DNA of 64,000 bases from Candidatus Bathyarchaeia archaeon (GCA_038727135.1 JAVYWL010000004.1:1-64000), one strand, 5' to 3'. Positions 1-9,154 are shown, numbered from the stretch's first letter. A program made the numbers and translations. Notes: generated by a model not told the origin, from the letters alone.

Positions 1-229
1 GCAGCGTCTAGAAGCATGGTCTAGACGCCCTTTCGGCGAGGACCCATTCCAGGAGTCCTCACCTATCGGGGATTAGCCCCAGTTTCCCGGGGTTGTCCCC
101 GTCCCAAGGGTAGGTTAGCCACGTGTTACTGAGCTGTGCGCCGCGCCTCCACCGTGGCTTGGAGGCGCACGACTAGCATGTCTTAGTCCCACCCCGATAG
201 CAGTGGGGTCCGGCAGGATCAACCGGAGT
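1..229 (-). rRNA. rrs: 16S rRNA gene, 5' end (partial, continues beyond window start)
   Basis: Reverse complement begins ACTCCGGTTGATCCTGCCGGA and contains GCTCAGTAACACGTGGCTAACCTACCC and GGGAAACTGGGGCTAATCCCC, canonical archaeal 16S 5' motifs. Confidence 0.98.
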
Positions 230-470
230 TAACGAACTCCTGGCCGTCTGCCGGAGACGCTTATTGGCATACGGCCGCAAAGCCGACTGGATTTGGAGGG
301 GGATCCACATGTCAAAGCCCATTTCAGACCTAACACGTTAGCGTCAGGTCCACATTTTTGTGCCCGCAAGTGGAGGCCAACCCTTTTCATCCCTTTTTAG
401 GCGCATAAGCGCCTTTACGGTCTAGGTTGGGCCGCCGCCGGATAAATGCGGGCAGCTCAACTTCACCAAG
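230..470 (-). other. Pre-rRNA 5' leader (external transcribed spacer)
   Basis: Non-coding GC-rich region with short hairpins between the putative TATA box and the mature 16S 5' end; boundaries approximate. Confidence 0.7.
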
Positions 471-494
471 ATAGATGTGAAGATGGCTCAGCGG

Positions 495-510
495 ATATAA
501 ATGTTTCTAC
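495..510 (-). promoter_or_regulatory. Putative rRNA operon promoter (BRE + TATA)
   Basis: Minus strand reads GTAGAAACATTTATAT: purine-rich BRE-like AGAAA followed by TTTATAT, about 270 nt upstream of 16S. Confidence 0.7.
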
Positions 511-532
511 TCGCCTTAGTTTTTATTATTTT
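500..532 (+). repeat. Putative left att site (core AATGTTTCT 500-508)
   Basis: 9-bp exact and 24/33 ungapped match to 11153-11185; lies just beyond the integrase stop codon. Confidence 0.6.
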
Positions 533-536
533 CATC

Positions 537-1712
537 CTATTTTCTTTTTCGGTATATGTGGATTCCGTTTATTGTGTCGAAGTATTCAAAGCCGGCTTCT
601 GCGAGTTTGCATGCTTCTTCTATGGTTGAAGCGGTTTTAACGTGGTATTCGTCGCTTTGTTTTTGGAATATTGCCTGTTCAATTGCAACGTATCTAAGCG
701 TGTTTTGGATGTTAACGTGGCCTATTTCTCTTTGTACGTATAAGATGTCTCTTGTTTTGTGGTAGAGCATTGTTGCCCGCCAATGTCTGAAAGTGTGGAA
801 GCTTATCTGTAAAAGTCTCGGGTTGTTTAGTTTGTAGGCAAGCCTTTTTCTTTGTTTGTAGAAGGCTGTTGCCATGTTTTTTCGGCTGCCAAAAATTCTG
901 CCGTCAGGCCTGGGCTTTAGTCTTTTAAGCATTGAAACGGTTAAATCGTTTAGGGCTAGTATTCTTGGAAGGCTTCCTTTTTCTGGTTTGACGCGGACTG
1001 TTCGCCTTTCAAAGTCTATGTCAGCCCATTTGAGGTTTACGGCTTCGCCGACCCGCATTCCTGTATCCTTTAACAGTTGAAGCAGGGCTGAAACCATTTT
1101 TGAAGTGTGGGCTATAAGCATGTCAAGCTCCTGCTCTGTTGGGATGAAGGGAATTTTCTTTTCCGGTTTGTATTTCGGCATTTCCCATGGAATGTTTAAA
1201 CGTTTATAGAAGCTTTGGAACACGGCAGCGTAGTTAGCCTTTGTTGTTTCGGAAATTTGCATTTTAGCCAAAGCTTCTTTTACAGCTTCTCCGTCTAAAA
1301 CGTCAACGTTTTTTGCAAAGTTTTGAAGCACGCGATTGTAAAACTTTAAGGTTTCTTCACTGCAGCCGTCTTTCTTTAAGGCCCATAGGAAGTTAACGAT
1401 TGCAGTTTTAGCGTCTGTTGTGGCTCCCGCTTCCCGTTTTTCCATTTGCCCTTGGGCTTCCACCAAAAGCTTAGCCGCCTTTTGGTGTGCATCATTTTTC
1501 CTATTTGCCCTCGGCTTATTTTTAAAACCTTCGCTGAACCTTAAACCGCAAACCCTACAAAGCCAACGTTGAACCGGGCTTCCATCGGCCTTGTAGCGGA
1601 ATCCATCTCTATAAAGTTTTTTTGAACCACATTCTGGACAGCAAAGCCCATTTTGGGCTTCAATTTGGAAAACGGGTTTTTCCGTTGGGCTTGCTGCGGG
1701 AGCCTCTTCCAT
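537..1712 (-). CDS. Tyrosine recombinase/integrase with N-terminal Zn ribbon
   Basis: Catalytic motifs TGMRVGE (R), HTFRH (HxxR), IGH, TLRY (Y); N-terminal CPECG...CRVCG. Confidence 0.95.
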   Translation of the reverse strand: MEEAPAASPTEKPVFQIEAQNGLCCPECGSKKLYRDGFRYKADGSPVQRWLCRVCGLRFSEGFKNKPRANRKNDAHQKAAKLLVEAQGQMEKREAGATTDAKTAIVNFLWALKKDGCSEETLKFYNRVLQNFAKNVDVLDGEAVKEALAKMQISETTKANYAAVFQSFYKRLNIPWEMPKYKPEKKIPFIPTEQELDMLIAHTSKMVSALLQLLKDTGMRVGEAVNLKWADIDFERRTVRVKPEKGSLPRILALNDLTVSMLKRLKPRPDGRIFGSRKNMATAFYKQRKRLAYKLNNPRLLQISFHTFRHWRATMLYHKTRDILYVQREIGHVNIQNTLRYVAIEQAIFQKQSDEYHVKTASTIEEACKLAEAGFEYFDTINGIHIYRKRK

Positions 1713-1714
1713 GT

Positions 1715-1960
1715 TTAAACCGCCTTTTTAACGTTTGAAATGAGCTTAGGCGGCCTTCCAGGCGGAAGTTTAGGCTTCTCTCTGGAACGTTTATGGAGCA
1801 GGGGCATGAGGGCTAACAGAAGCTGGATTTCAGTAAGCAGCCGTTGGTTATGCCTAATATAGTGAACGATTTTGTTGACTGTTGGATTCCGTTTTCGAGT
1901 TTTAATGAATTGTTCTAGGGCTTCAAGCTCATGGGGTGTGAAAATGTAGCTACGCATCAC
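1715..1960 (-). CDS. Small basic protein upstream of integrase (possible recombination directionality factor)
   Basis: 81 aa, basic, AT-hook-like PGRPPK, RBS-like GAGGT upstream, ends 2 nt before integrase start; function is inference. Confidence 0.65.
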   Translation of the reverse strand: MMRSYIFTPHELEALEQFIKTRKRNPTVNKIVHYIRHNQRLLTEIQLLLALMPLLHKRSREKPKLPPGRPPKLISNVKKAV

Positions 1961-1982
1961 TTAACCTCTTTAAATTTTTTCG

Positions 1983-2231
1983 CTAAATTCCAACTGTTGG
2001 AATTTCTAGCCCCCTATTTTTCTTCGGCTTTTTAATTGCCAGTGAAAGCTTCCTATGAAGTTTCATTAAGTTTTGGGCGGCTTGCGTTAAAATTATGGAG
2101 TCTTTGACTTTGTCGGCTTCTTGAAGGTTTGCCGCAACTTTGTTAATTTTTCTCAGCGTGTCTTCTATTTGTTTGAGCATTTTCATGATTTCAAGCGGGG
2201 AAAAAGAGGGTTTTTTGTCTTCACATTCCAT
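1983..2231 (-). CDS. Hypothetical helical/coiled-coil protein
   Basis: 82 aa ORF co-oriented with element operon. Confidence 0.6.
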   Translation of the reverse strand: MECEDKKPSFSPLEIMKMLKQIEDTLRKINKVAANLQEADKVKDSIILTQAAQNLMKLHRKLSLAIKKPKKNRGLEIPTVGI

Positions 2232-2294
2232 TTTAACCGCTTTTTATTGCCGTTTTCCTCGTTTCAAACATGAAAGAAAAAGGGGGGTTGACGT

Positions 2295-2969
2295 TCACGC
2301 CAGCAGCATTTGACGTAGCTCAGCAAGTTTCTGCGGATTAAGTAGGATGGACTCCTCTATGGCTGTTTCAAACGCTGCTTCTTTTTTGGCCTGTTCAATA
2401 GCCTGTTGAAGCTGCCAACGCTCATAGTTTGTGGAAATCAGCTCGCTTATCATGTTCAAGGCGTTTAGCGTCTTGTTTGTGACGTTGTCCCATGTGGGCT
2501 GCTTAGGAGGCTCTTTCTGGTTAAGGACGTCCTCAATTTTCTCCAGCTCCTTCTCAATGTCAAGCACAGCCTTGATTTTTTCAACCCGTTTTGAAAGGGT
2601 TATGAGGCGCAGCTCACGTTTGATTTTATTCAACGCGTTCAGCAATGCTTGGCGCTTTTCCTCGGTGTATGGCGAGTTTATTATGAGGCCTTCCCGTGCT
2701 GCAAGCTGGCGGTGCTCTGGGTTGTAGGCATTCAGAATTGTGAAGGCTCTGCCTTCTCCGTCTACAAGCCCGGCTTTGAAAGCTCCAGCCTTCATTTCCA
2801 CCCAAATTGGATGTTCTTTTGGCAAGTCGGCGGCTCTAACCCAGTGTTTTGGACTTGTCTCAATATACAAGTCGAATCCGGTGTATAGAAGGGCGTCTAG
2901 GGGCTTGGCTGAAGCTGAAAGCTGAATTTTGCCAACGTCGCCATACGCTACGTAGCAATACCTTTTCAT
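2295..2969 (-). CDS. Hypothetical protein with coiled-coil C-terminal half
   Basis: 224 aa ORF, GGAGGTGA RBS, ATGA overlap with upstream gene, followed by CCCCCCTTTTTCTTT terminator-like tract. Confidence 0.85.
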   Translation of the reverse strand: MKRYCYVAYGDVGKIQLSASAKPLDALLYTGFDLYIETSPKHWVRAADLPKEHPIWVEMKAGAFKAGLVDGEGRAFTILNAYNPEHRQLAAREGLIINSPYTEEKRQALLNALNKIKRELRLITLSKRVEKIKAVLDIEKELEKIEDVLNQKEPPKQPTWDNVTNKTLNALNMISELISTNYERWQLQQAIEQAKKEAAFETAIEESILLNPQKLAELRQMLLA

Positions 2970-3454
2970 GGCGTTTCACCTCCTGTAACCATTTTAACTA
3001 GGCCTATTACCTTCTCGGGGGTTATTCCATACTCTTGTGGTTTCTCTAAAAGTTGCCATTCAAGTTCAACTCCGCCAACGTAGCCCTGCGGCGTTAACAC
3101 AACTGTCCTGTCGCATCTCCAGATGGTTAGGTCGTCGCGGATAAGCGTTAGCGCATCGCCGCCTCCACGCTTTAAAGTTCTCTGCAAAACGTAGTAGGCG
3201 TGGGTTTCGTTGTTCTGCCGCATCAAAGCGAAGCCAACAATGCCCGCGGCGGCATTGTCAAAGCATGCTTTCCGCCACTTTTCAATGAGCGGCTTAAGCT
3301 CTTCAAGGGCTTCAGCTTCTGAAGGCGTTGGGCTTGCGGATTGTTGAGCTGGCTGTTCAACCGCTTGGGCAGGCTTAGTTTCAGCTGAAGATTCAGAGGC
3401 TTCAGCTTTTTCCGCCTCGGATTTTTTGAATTTTAAGGTTTTAATCCACGGCAC
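2966..3454 (-). CDS. Hypothetical protein with low-complexity N-terminal linker
   Basis: 162 aa ORF, GTG start preceded by GAGGTGA. Confidence 0.85.
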   Translation of the reverse strand: MPWIKTLKFKKSEAEKAEASESSAETKPAQAVEQPAQQSASPTPSEAEALEELKPLIEKWRKACFDNAAAGIVGFALMRQNNETHAYYVLQRTLKRGGGDALTLIRDDLTIWRCDRTVVLTPQGYVGGVELEWQLLEKPQEYGITPEKVIGLVKMVTGGETP

Positions 3455-3482
3455 GACTTATCACCTCTGTCTTGCTTTTTGG

Positions 3483-3523
3483 TTTGCGGGGCTGAAGGCG
3501 TTGCCTTACAGCCCTTTCGCAAA
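3483..3523. repeat. Bulged stem-loop downstream of replication gene
   Basis: TTTGCG-GGGCTG-AAGGC-gtt-GCCTT-a-CAGCCC-ttt-CGCAAA; 17 paired bases. Confidence 0.7.
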
Positions 3524-3557
3524 TTTAAGCCAATAAAAACGTGAATCACGTAAAATA

Positions 3558-6500
3558 TCATTTTTCCAAGCCTCCAGTTTTGAAGTGGCAAAAACGTTTA
3601 TGGTGGCTTCTGAATGTTTCTACGCATGGAAAAACATGTCCCTTGACCGTTAGCAATTCTAGAATTTGATTAAGAATTGTTTCTAAATCGTTTTTTAAAA
3701 TTGTAAAGCTGGCCCAATCGTCGGCTACTCCAAAGAATTGTTTGTAGATATGTTTGTTTGCCTTATGGCTTAAAATGTAGCTTGTTATGAAGCGCCATAA
3801 AGCCCGCTGTCCTTGGGCTGTAAGGCGGTAGGGCGTCTCACATAAATAGACGTCTATGTCTGCATAACGCAGGCCCCTGCGGATTTTAATTACTTTTTTG
3901 AATTGTTCGGCTAGTTTTGCCTTGAAGTCTGGTAAATCAAAACAACTCAAGTCTCCATAACAGCTTTCACATTCGTTGGGCGGTATGGGCTTACCCGTGC
4001 CTATGCAACCGGGAACGGTGGAATCCCTTGTTAGGCTTGATTCTTTTCGCCACTTTCCAAAGAGTTCAACCGCCTTAACCCTAGCCATGAACCACGTCAA
4101 GGGGCCGCGGACTTTAATTTCGGTTCCGTCTGGAAAAGTCAAGTCCATGGGTAGGTTGCGGTTACACCTTCGAGTAAACTCGGCAGCTTTCCAAGCCCAA
4201 ACATTATCAATTTTAGCGGTTAAGTGGACCCAACGCAGCATTCCAAGGCGTATCCCGGGCTTACGCTCAGCCTTAGCTTCCTCAGAAGGCTCCTCTACAA
4301 TCGCCTCTTCTTCAGTAGGGGCTTCAGCCTTCTCTAAGGGGTGTAAGTCATCAAGCTCGATTATTTTGACGGTTTTGATGCCGATAGGTTTGATAGGTGC
4401 GGAAGGCTTATAGGGGAGCCCCACTTCTATAACGGTGCGCCTTTTACGATCCTTTAAAACCTTAAGCCCAAGGCGGTTCTTCGCAATCCTGGACAATTTT
4501 TGGTTAAGGCCCTTCAACTCATCTGGGTCCGGGTTTGGGTCGTCAAGGATTATTTTTGAAATCTTAACCAGTGGAATCCTCAAAACCATTTTTTGCGGTT
4601 CTGGTTGCAAGTAGGGCTTTAGAGTTTCCTTTTCATCTTCTACCCGGCTCACTAAGAGGCCTTCCGAACCACTCACACCTATCGGCACTTCGCCGCAGAT
4701 CCTAGCTAAGGCATCATTAAACTGCTCTTCAAGCTGCCAATCTGGGTCTGAGGCTTTTATTTGGGCTTCAAGTTCTTGAGCTAGCTCGTTTATCTCTTGT
4801 TTAAACTCTGGGTTCAACAAAAGCAAAGGGGCCAAGACTTCCTTAATACGGCTGCTTGAAACATTAAGCTCAGTTTCGATTTCTGGGGTTTCAAGGGATT
4901 CAACTTTGGTCTTTAACTCTCCATATTTCCTAAACCGCCATAAGATAAGTTTGTTGCGTAAGGCTTGGGCTTCTGCCAAAAACTTCTTGTCCCTATACAG
5001 TGGCATCGGCCGGGTTTTCTCGCGGGCAATAAAAGTTAAACAACGAGACTCAAGGGCCTTATCGCGGAACTCTTCCCTTGTAGCCAAAAGTTTAGGCCCA
5101 TAGACATAATACGAAATGGTTTTCTGGGGATTAACATCGTCAGCCCGCGTGTAATGGCCGAGCCGCCGGTCGTAGCCTATATTCAATATTTTGACGATAA
5201 ACGCGTAGAGACTTGACTTATCAAAGTCAGCCTCATCTATGAGGGCCGTTCCACGCCAAAGATTAATCCGTCTAACTATGGCTTTATCAGTGTCACACCC
5301 CGCTAATATAATGGGCCGGTAGCAAATGGATCCAACAGTATCCAACCATGCTGATTTACCACGTCCATAGGGGCCTAACGCCCGCCTATATGGCAATCTC
5401 GGAAGCAGGTCATAGACGTAACTCAAGAAGACGTAAAAGGCATCTAGTTTACGCTCGAATTCATGGGGGGCTTCGTGCCATTTATTCAAAAAGTCTACGA
5501 CTTCCTGGAATAGTTGCTCTTCAGACCCATATTCATCAGCCTTGCTCGGCAAAAGGGTTAGCCCGCTTTTTACGTCGGGGTTTTTTATGGGTTTGTAAAT
5601 GCAGTCTTCAAGTTCTATTTGCTCCGTTTGCTCTATTTGCCCCGTTTTTGGATCATAGACGAGGAAAAAGACGTTTTGGCCGTCGAATGCCTCTTCAATC
5701 AGCCGGCCGTCTGGAAGCTCTGCGGATGGAGTGCGGATAACCTTGTTTGGCCCCTTCAAAATTAGACAATCCGCCTGATTGCAGTGGGCTTTCAATAACT
5801 CGTCGTCGCAGCCGTAAACATACTTGTGGACTTGAGCGCTTTTCAAAACATTTTCAAGCTCCTTCTCCGGAAGTGGCGGACTGTTCCGTCGGTTCCAAGC
5901 CTTAAGCTTGGCTAAAGCCTTTGACCGGCTAAGCCCTCGGAAATTCAGAAGGTATGAAGCCAAACGGATAGCTGACTCGTTTCTAATGCCTTCTGCAACA
6001 CCTTCAAGCAGGGCTTTAATACAAGGCGGGCTAGGCCCTCTATACAACCCTTTAACAGCCCTGCTTTGGCTAAACCATGTTTCCCGTTTAACTTCAACCC
6101 CGGCCCTCTGAAGGGCCTCATAGAAGACGGCTTCAAGATTTTGGACTACCGTAGGGCTGTTATCGTTCAACCGCCTATAGCCCTCAGAAGGCGCCATAAT
6201 GCATAGTTTACCCTCACCTAAAAGCTCCAAACCGCAAATGTTATGGTAGGCGCTTATGCTCTTTGGCTTGACATGGCTTAGATAAATCCAGTGCTTGCCT
6301 TTACTAGGTGTCTCCTCAATTTGTGTTATGGGCAAATGCTTTAGAGCTTCACGACCCTTTTCAACGGCTTCTGAGCTAACATTTTTAACATCAAAGTCAA
6401 TGGCCCCGAAAAATAGGCCGTTTTTTGCTTTCGAGCCGCAAATTATGGCGAAACCGTCCGCTTGACTCCATGGAAGGCTGCAGAATTCCTCTTCCGTCTG

Positions 6501-6632
6501 AGGCTCCTTTTGCCATTTAGCCCATTCAATGAGCGGTTGCTTGCCTTTAAGCGGAACAACCGACAGCCCTAAGCTCCAATAGTTTCTAGCAGCTTCAACG
6601 ATTTCGCTCATTAAAATCAGTCGCTCCTTCAC
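3558..6632 (-). CDS. Replication protein: bifunctional primase-polymerase + PriCT + P-loop NTPase
   Basis: N-terminal YWSLGLSVVPL..K.P, DFD, TPSKGKH (Prim-Pol); PPCI..L..GVAEGIRN and WN.RNSPPL (PriCT); Walker A GPYGRGKS, Walker B LIDEAD; true start may be ATG 6611. Confidence 0.9.
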   Translation of the reverse strand: MKERLILMSEIVEAARNYWSLGLSVVPLKGKQPLIEWAKWQKEPQTEEEFCSLPWSQADGFAIICGSKAKNGLFFGAIDFDVKNVSSEAVEKGREALKHLPITQIEETPSKGKHWIYLSHVKPKSISAYHNICGLELLGEGKLCIMAPSEGYRRLNDNSPTVVQNLEAVFYEALQRAGVEVKRETWFSQSRAVKGLYRGPSPPCIKALLEGVAEGIRNESAIRLASYLLNFRGLSRSKALAKLKAWNRRNSPPLPEKELENVLKSAQVHKYVYGCDDELLKAHCNQADCLILKGPNKVIRTPSAELPDGRLIEEAFDGQNVFFLVYDPKTGQIEQTEQIELEDCIYKPIKNPDVKSGLTLLPSKADEYGSEEQLFQEVVDFLNKWHEAPHEFERKLDAFYVFLSYVYDLLPRLPYRRALGPYGRGKSAWLDTVGSICYRPIILAGCDTDKAIVRRINLWRGTALIDEADFDKSSLYAFIVKILNIGYDRRLGHYTRADDVNPQKTISYYVYGPKLLATREEFRDKALESRCLTFIAREKTRPMPLYRDKKFLAEAQALRNKLILWRFRKYGELKTKVESLETPEIETELNVSSSRIKEVLAPLLLLNPEFKQEINELAQELEAQIKASDPDWQLEEQFNDALARICGEVPIGVSGSEGLLVSRVEDEKETLKPYLQPEPQKMVLRIPLVKISKIILDDPNPDPDELKGLNQKLSRIAKNRLGLKVLKDRKRRTVIEVGLPYKPSAPIKPIGIKTVKIIELDDLHPLEKAEAPTEEEAIVEEPSEEAKAERKPGIRLGMLRWVHLTAKIDNVWAWKAAEFTRRCNRNLPMDLTFPDGTEIKVRGPLTWFMARVKAVELFGKWRKESSLTRDSTVPGCIGTGKPIPPNECESCYGDLSCFDLPDFKAKLAEQFKKVIKIRRGLRYADIDVYLCETPYRLTAQGQRALWRFITSYILSHKANKHIYKQFFGVADDWASFTILKNDLETILNQILELLTVKGHVFPCVETFRSHHKRFCHFKTGGLEK

Positions 6633-6807
6633 GCTCTTTCGCTATCCAAAGCCTCACCGGGCTTTTGGTTTGAAAACGTAGCTCGCAGCCTTCAGCCTTT
6701 AAAATCGCCTGTTTAATCTTCTCATAAGCCTTCAAAGTCCCCTTGCAGACGAACGCAAACCAGAAAACAGTTTCCTCAGGCTCAACCTTCAACTCTTTCT
6801 CAATCAT
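6595..6807 (-). CDS. Small hypothetical protein leading the replication operon
   Basis: 70 aa, GGTGGTGA RBS, overlaps start of replication gene. Confidence 0.7.
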   Translation of the reverse strand: MIEKELKVEPEETVFWFAFVCKGTLKAYEKIKQAILKAEGCELRFQTKSPVRLWIAKEREGATDFNERNR

Positions 6808-6831
6808 TTCACCACCGACTATGATGGATGC

Positions 6832-6870
6832 GAAACTTATATATAATTAATAATTTGTAACTATTACAGA
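6832..6870. promoter_or_regulatory. Divergent promoter region with palindromic operator candidate
   Basis: Symmetric TTATATATAA TATA box and TGTAA-cta-TTACA inverted repeat between divergent genes. Confidence 0.55.
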
Positions 6871-6890
6871 AAGAAAACTGAGCGATCGAC

Positions 6891-7820
6891 ATGAAGAGAA
6901 GAGAGCTTGACGAAATAGAAGTAGACATTTTAGCCCATCTGCTTGAAAATGGAGAGCAGAGGTTCATAGAAATCGCAGAGGCCCTTTTCCCAAAACATGA
7001 AAAAACCTTCTATCATGATGAAAGACACTTTAAAGTAGTGTTAGTTAGAAAGTTGGAAAAGCTTAAGGAAGAGAAGTATATTGGAAAAAAGATTTACAGT
7101 CATAAAAACGTGTGCTACTTTATTCCAAAGAATAAAAAAGAACATGTTGCAAAAATGGTTAAGGATTATCGAAACTCTGAGTATTTTAATAAGTTATCAC
7201 AAGAAGAAAAGGAAAGACTCATTAAGTATCATCAGTTGCGAAGCAGACTATTAGAAATATTAAATGAACCGCTTCCAGGAATGATTATAGAACAGAAACT
7301 TCAACAGTTAGGTTATAAGCCTTCCGATTACAAACTCCGCAATGTTGTTTACGGTGAAATTTATGACTTATACACTCCAGAAGATATAATATTTGAAATT
7401 GTCCCCTGCAGCGAAAAAGACTTCCAAAATCTTAGAGCAGAGATTTTTCACGGTCACTATTATAAACCAGTAGCCTACATTAAATCAGAGAAAAAAGTAG
7501 TGCTCGCTGGTTACAAGGCAATAGATGAACTTGCCGAGCAAATAGATGAAATAGAAGTAGAGCTTGTTAAAATAGAATTCGATTTAACAAGTCAGGATGT
7601 CAAAAGATTGGACCAGAAACTTTTAAAGATTTTTCCATTAAAAGGAGCCGAATTTTGGAGATATATTGCAAGTAAAAAGCCAAACGCCCTTCAATTATTC
7701 ATAAATCATTATATTCGATTAGGCTACTCTGAAAGGTTCGCGGAAACTCTAGCGAAAAACGAACTTAGGTTTTATCAAGCTATTGAAAGAGATTTTAAAA
7801 CTTACAAAGGGTTGAATTGA
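6891..7820 (+). CDS. Winged-HTH domain protein (putative element regulator)
   Basis: N-terminal LDEIEVDILAHLLENGEQRFIEIAEAL...LEKLKEEKYI wHTH pattern; divergent from rep operon; visibly more AT-rich than flanks. Confidence 0.75.
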   Translation: MKRRELDEIEVDILAHLLENGEQRFIEIAEALFPKHEKTFYHDERHFKVVLVRKLEKLKEEKYIGKKIYSHKNVCYFIPKNKKEHVAKMVKDYRNSEYFNKLSQEEKERLIKYHQLRSRLLEILNEPLPGMIIEQKLQQLGYKPSDYKLRNVVYGEIYDLYTPEDIIFEIVPCSEKDFQNLRAEIFHGHYYKPVAYIKSEKKVVLAGYKAIDELAEQIDEIEVELVKIEFDLTSQDVKRLDQKLLKIFPLKGAEFWRYIASKKPNALQLFINHYIRLGYSERFAETLAKNELRFYQAIERDFKTYKGLN

Positions 7821-7824
7821 TGCT

Positions 7825-8241
7825 TCATTTTTCATACCACGCGTCTATTTGGGTTATGGGGCTGCTATGGTTTAATGTCACTAGGTAGCCGCGTTTTCCA
7901 AAACGTGAAACCAAAACTATTCCGGCAACTTGAAGCCTTCCGACAATCTGCCTAACCCTATGGTAGTCGTTGACGCCTATGGCCCGTGCAATTTGGCCCA
8001 ATGATGAGCCGCCGCCAAGGCTTAAAAACCGTATAACCTTCACCATCTTCGAGTTTTGCAGATAATAGCTTAAATCATATTTTGCGATTTCGTAAAAGCT
8101 TTGATGTTCAAGAAACTTTTTTAGGGCGTAACGTGCAGCCTCTTCAACGCTTAAACGTTTAAACCTTGCAAAACGCTCCAGACACGCATATAATTCTGGC
8201 GGCAGCTTGATAATGTAAACGCCCTCAGCCCTATTCAGCAA
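7825..8241 (-). CDS. RHH + winged-HTH DNA-binding protein
   Basis: IIKLPPELYACLERFA...SVEEAARYAL (RHH-like), then SLGQIARAIG...LQVAGIV (wHTH). Confidence 0.7.
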   Translation of the reverse strand: MLNRAEGVYIIKLPPELYACLERFARFKRLSVEEAARYALKKFLEHQSFYEIAKYDLSYYLQNSKMVKVIRFLSLGGGSSLGQIARAIGVNDYHRVRQIVGRLQVAGIVLVSRFGKRGYLVTLNHSSPITQIDAWYEK

Positions 8242-8426
8242 ACCTTTCGGCCCTCATATTCCGCAAGAAACTCTTCCAGATATCTGGCCAAAAACAAGCA
8301 GTTTTCCGCCCTTGTTAAATCGCCCTGGGCCTTAAACTCTTCAGCCTTTCTGCGTAAAGCCTTGATTTTCCGCTCAAAATCCTTTTTTAACCGTTTTTCA
8401 AGCTTTACCTCACTCATGGCGGACAC
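8235..8426 (-). CDS. Small helical hypothetical protein
   Basis: 63 aa ORF coupled to neighbours. Confidence 0.65.
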   Translation of the reverse strand: MSAMSEVKLEKRLKKDFERKIKALRRKAEEFKAQGDLTRAENCLFLARYLEEFLAEYEGRKVC

Positions 8427-8431
8427 CTATC

Positions 8432-8851
8432 TTAAACGTATCCGCGTTTTCTAAGCCACTCAATATATTGGCAAAGCTTTTCCGAGGGCGGATATATTCC
8501 GCTCCAGTTTATTGCTCCACCGGCCCGTTCAACGCTTTCTACGGCTAACCGTTCAAGCTTGTCCGCTTGCCTTTTAGGCAGCTTGTCATAATCAATCGGC
8601 TGCTTGTCCAGGAGAACCGTTGCCCGGCAGTTCCAAACGCTTACCTCAACCTCTGAGTCAAAGGGTATAGGCGGGCTTGTAGTGCAAGGCCATTCTGTCC
8701 GTGTAACCGGAAAGCCTTTCTCGTCGACTGGAAGCTCTTTTCCACAGTAGGGACATATCCATTTTCCGTCTAAGTAAGCTGCCGGGTGAATGTAAAATTT
8801 ACGCCCCATAAACTTCACCGCCACAAGGCTAAAGTTTTCGTTATCCTGCAA
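8432..8851 (-). CDS. Hypothetical protein with CPYCG Zn-binding motif
   Basis: 139 aa ORF in operon; start uncertain. Confidence 0.7.
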   Translation of the reverse strand: MQDNENFSLVAVKFMGRKFYIHPAAYLDGKWICPYCGKELPVDEKGFPVTRTEWPCTTSPPIPFDSEVEVSVWNCRATVLLDKQPIDYDKLPKRQADKLERLAVESVERAGGAINWSGIYPPSEKLCQYIEWLRKRGYV

Positions 8852-9036
8852 TAATAGGCTTCAAACTCGGCTTGGCCTATTTGGCCCTGCAAAAGCCGGT
8901 TTATTTTAGCCCTAATCTGCTCTACAAGCCCGCAGAAAACCACATTCGCGTAGTTTATAGGGTAGAATCGCTTGCCCTTTAAAGGCTTCCAGTATAATAG
9001 CCAACGCTGAGGACTGCATTTCAAAACAACCCTCAT
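8815..9036 (-). CDS. Hypothetical protein (73 aa, MRVVLKCSPQ...)
   Basis: ATG at 9036 preceded by GAGGTGA RBS in a repeated junction module. Confidence 0.7.
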   Translation of the reverse strand: MRVVLKCSPQRWLLYWKPLKGKRFYPINYANVVFCGLVEQIRAKINRLLQGQIGQAEFEAYYCRITKTLALWR

Positions 9037-9043
9037 CAACCCG

Positions 9044-9154
9044 TCACCTCTTATACCGTGTGACAAAACGGCAACCGCACTTGTTGCAATACCATACCGT
9101 CACAGACGAGTCAAACTCTCCATCCATTTCAAAACCGCATTCAGGACACTTCAT
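9044..9154 (-). CDS. 36-aa Zn-ribbon microprotein
   Basis: MKCPECGFEMDGEFDSSVTVWYCNKCGCRFVTRYKR; TAATG coupling and GAGGTGA RBS. Confidence 0.75.
   Translation of the reverse strand: MKCPECGFEMDGEFDSSVTVWYCNKCGCRFVTRYKR

Noticed and set aside
491-520. Possible Xer/dif site (GGATATAA resembles the Thermococcales dif left arm)
   Set aside because: No matching inverted right arm at 6-bp spacing; better explained as the rRNA TATA box
446-640. 64-aa plus-strand ORF across the att/promoter region
   Set aside because: Antisense to the integrase end and rRNA promoter; no motifs or RBS
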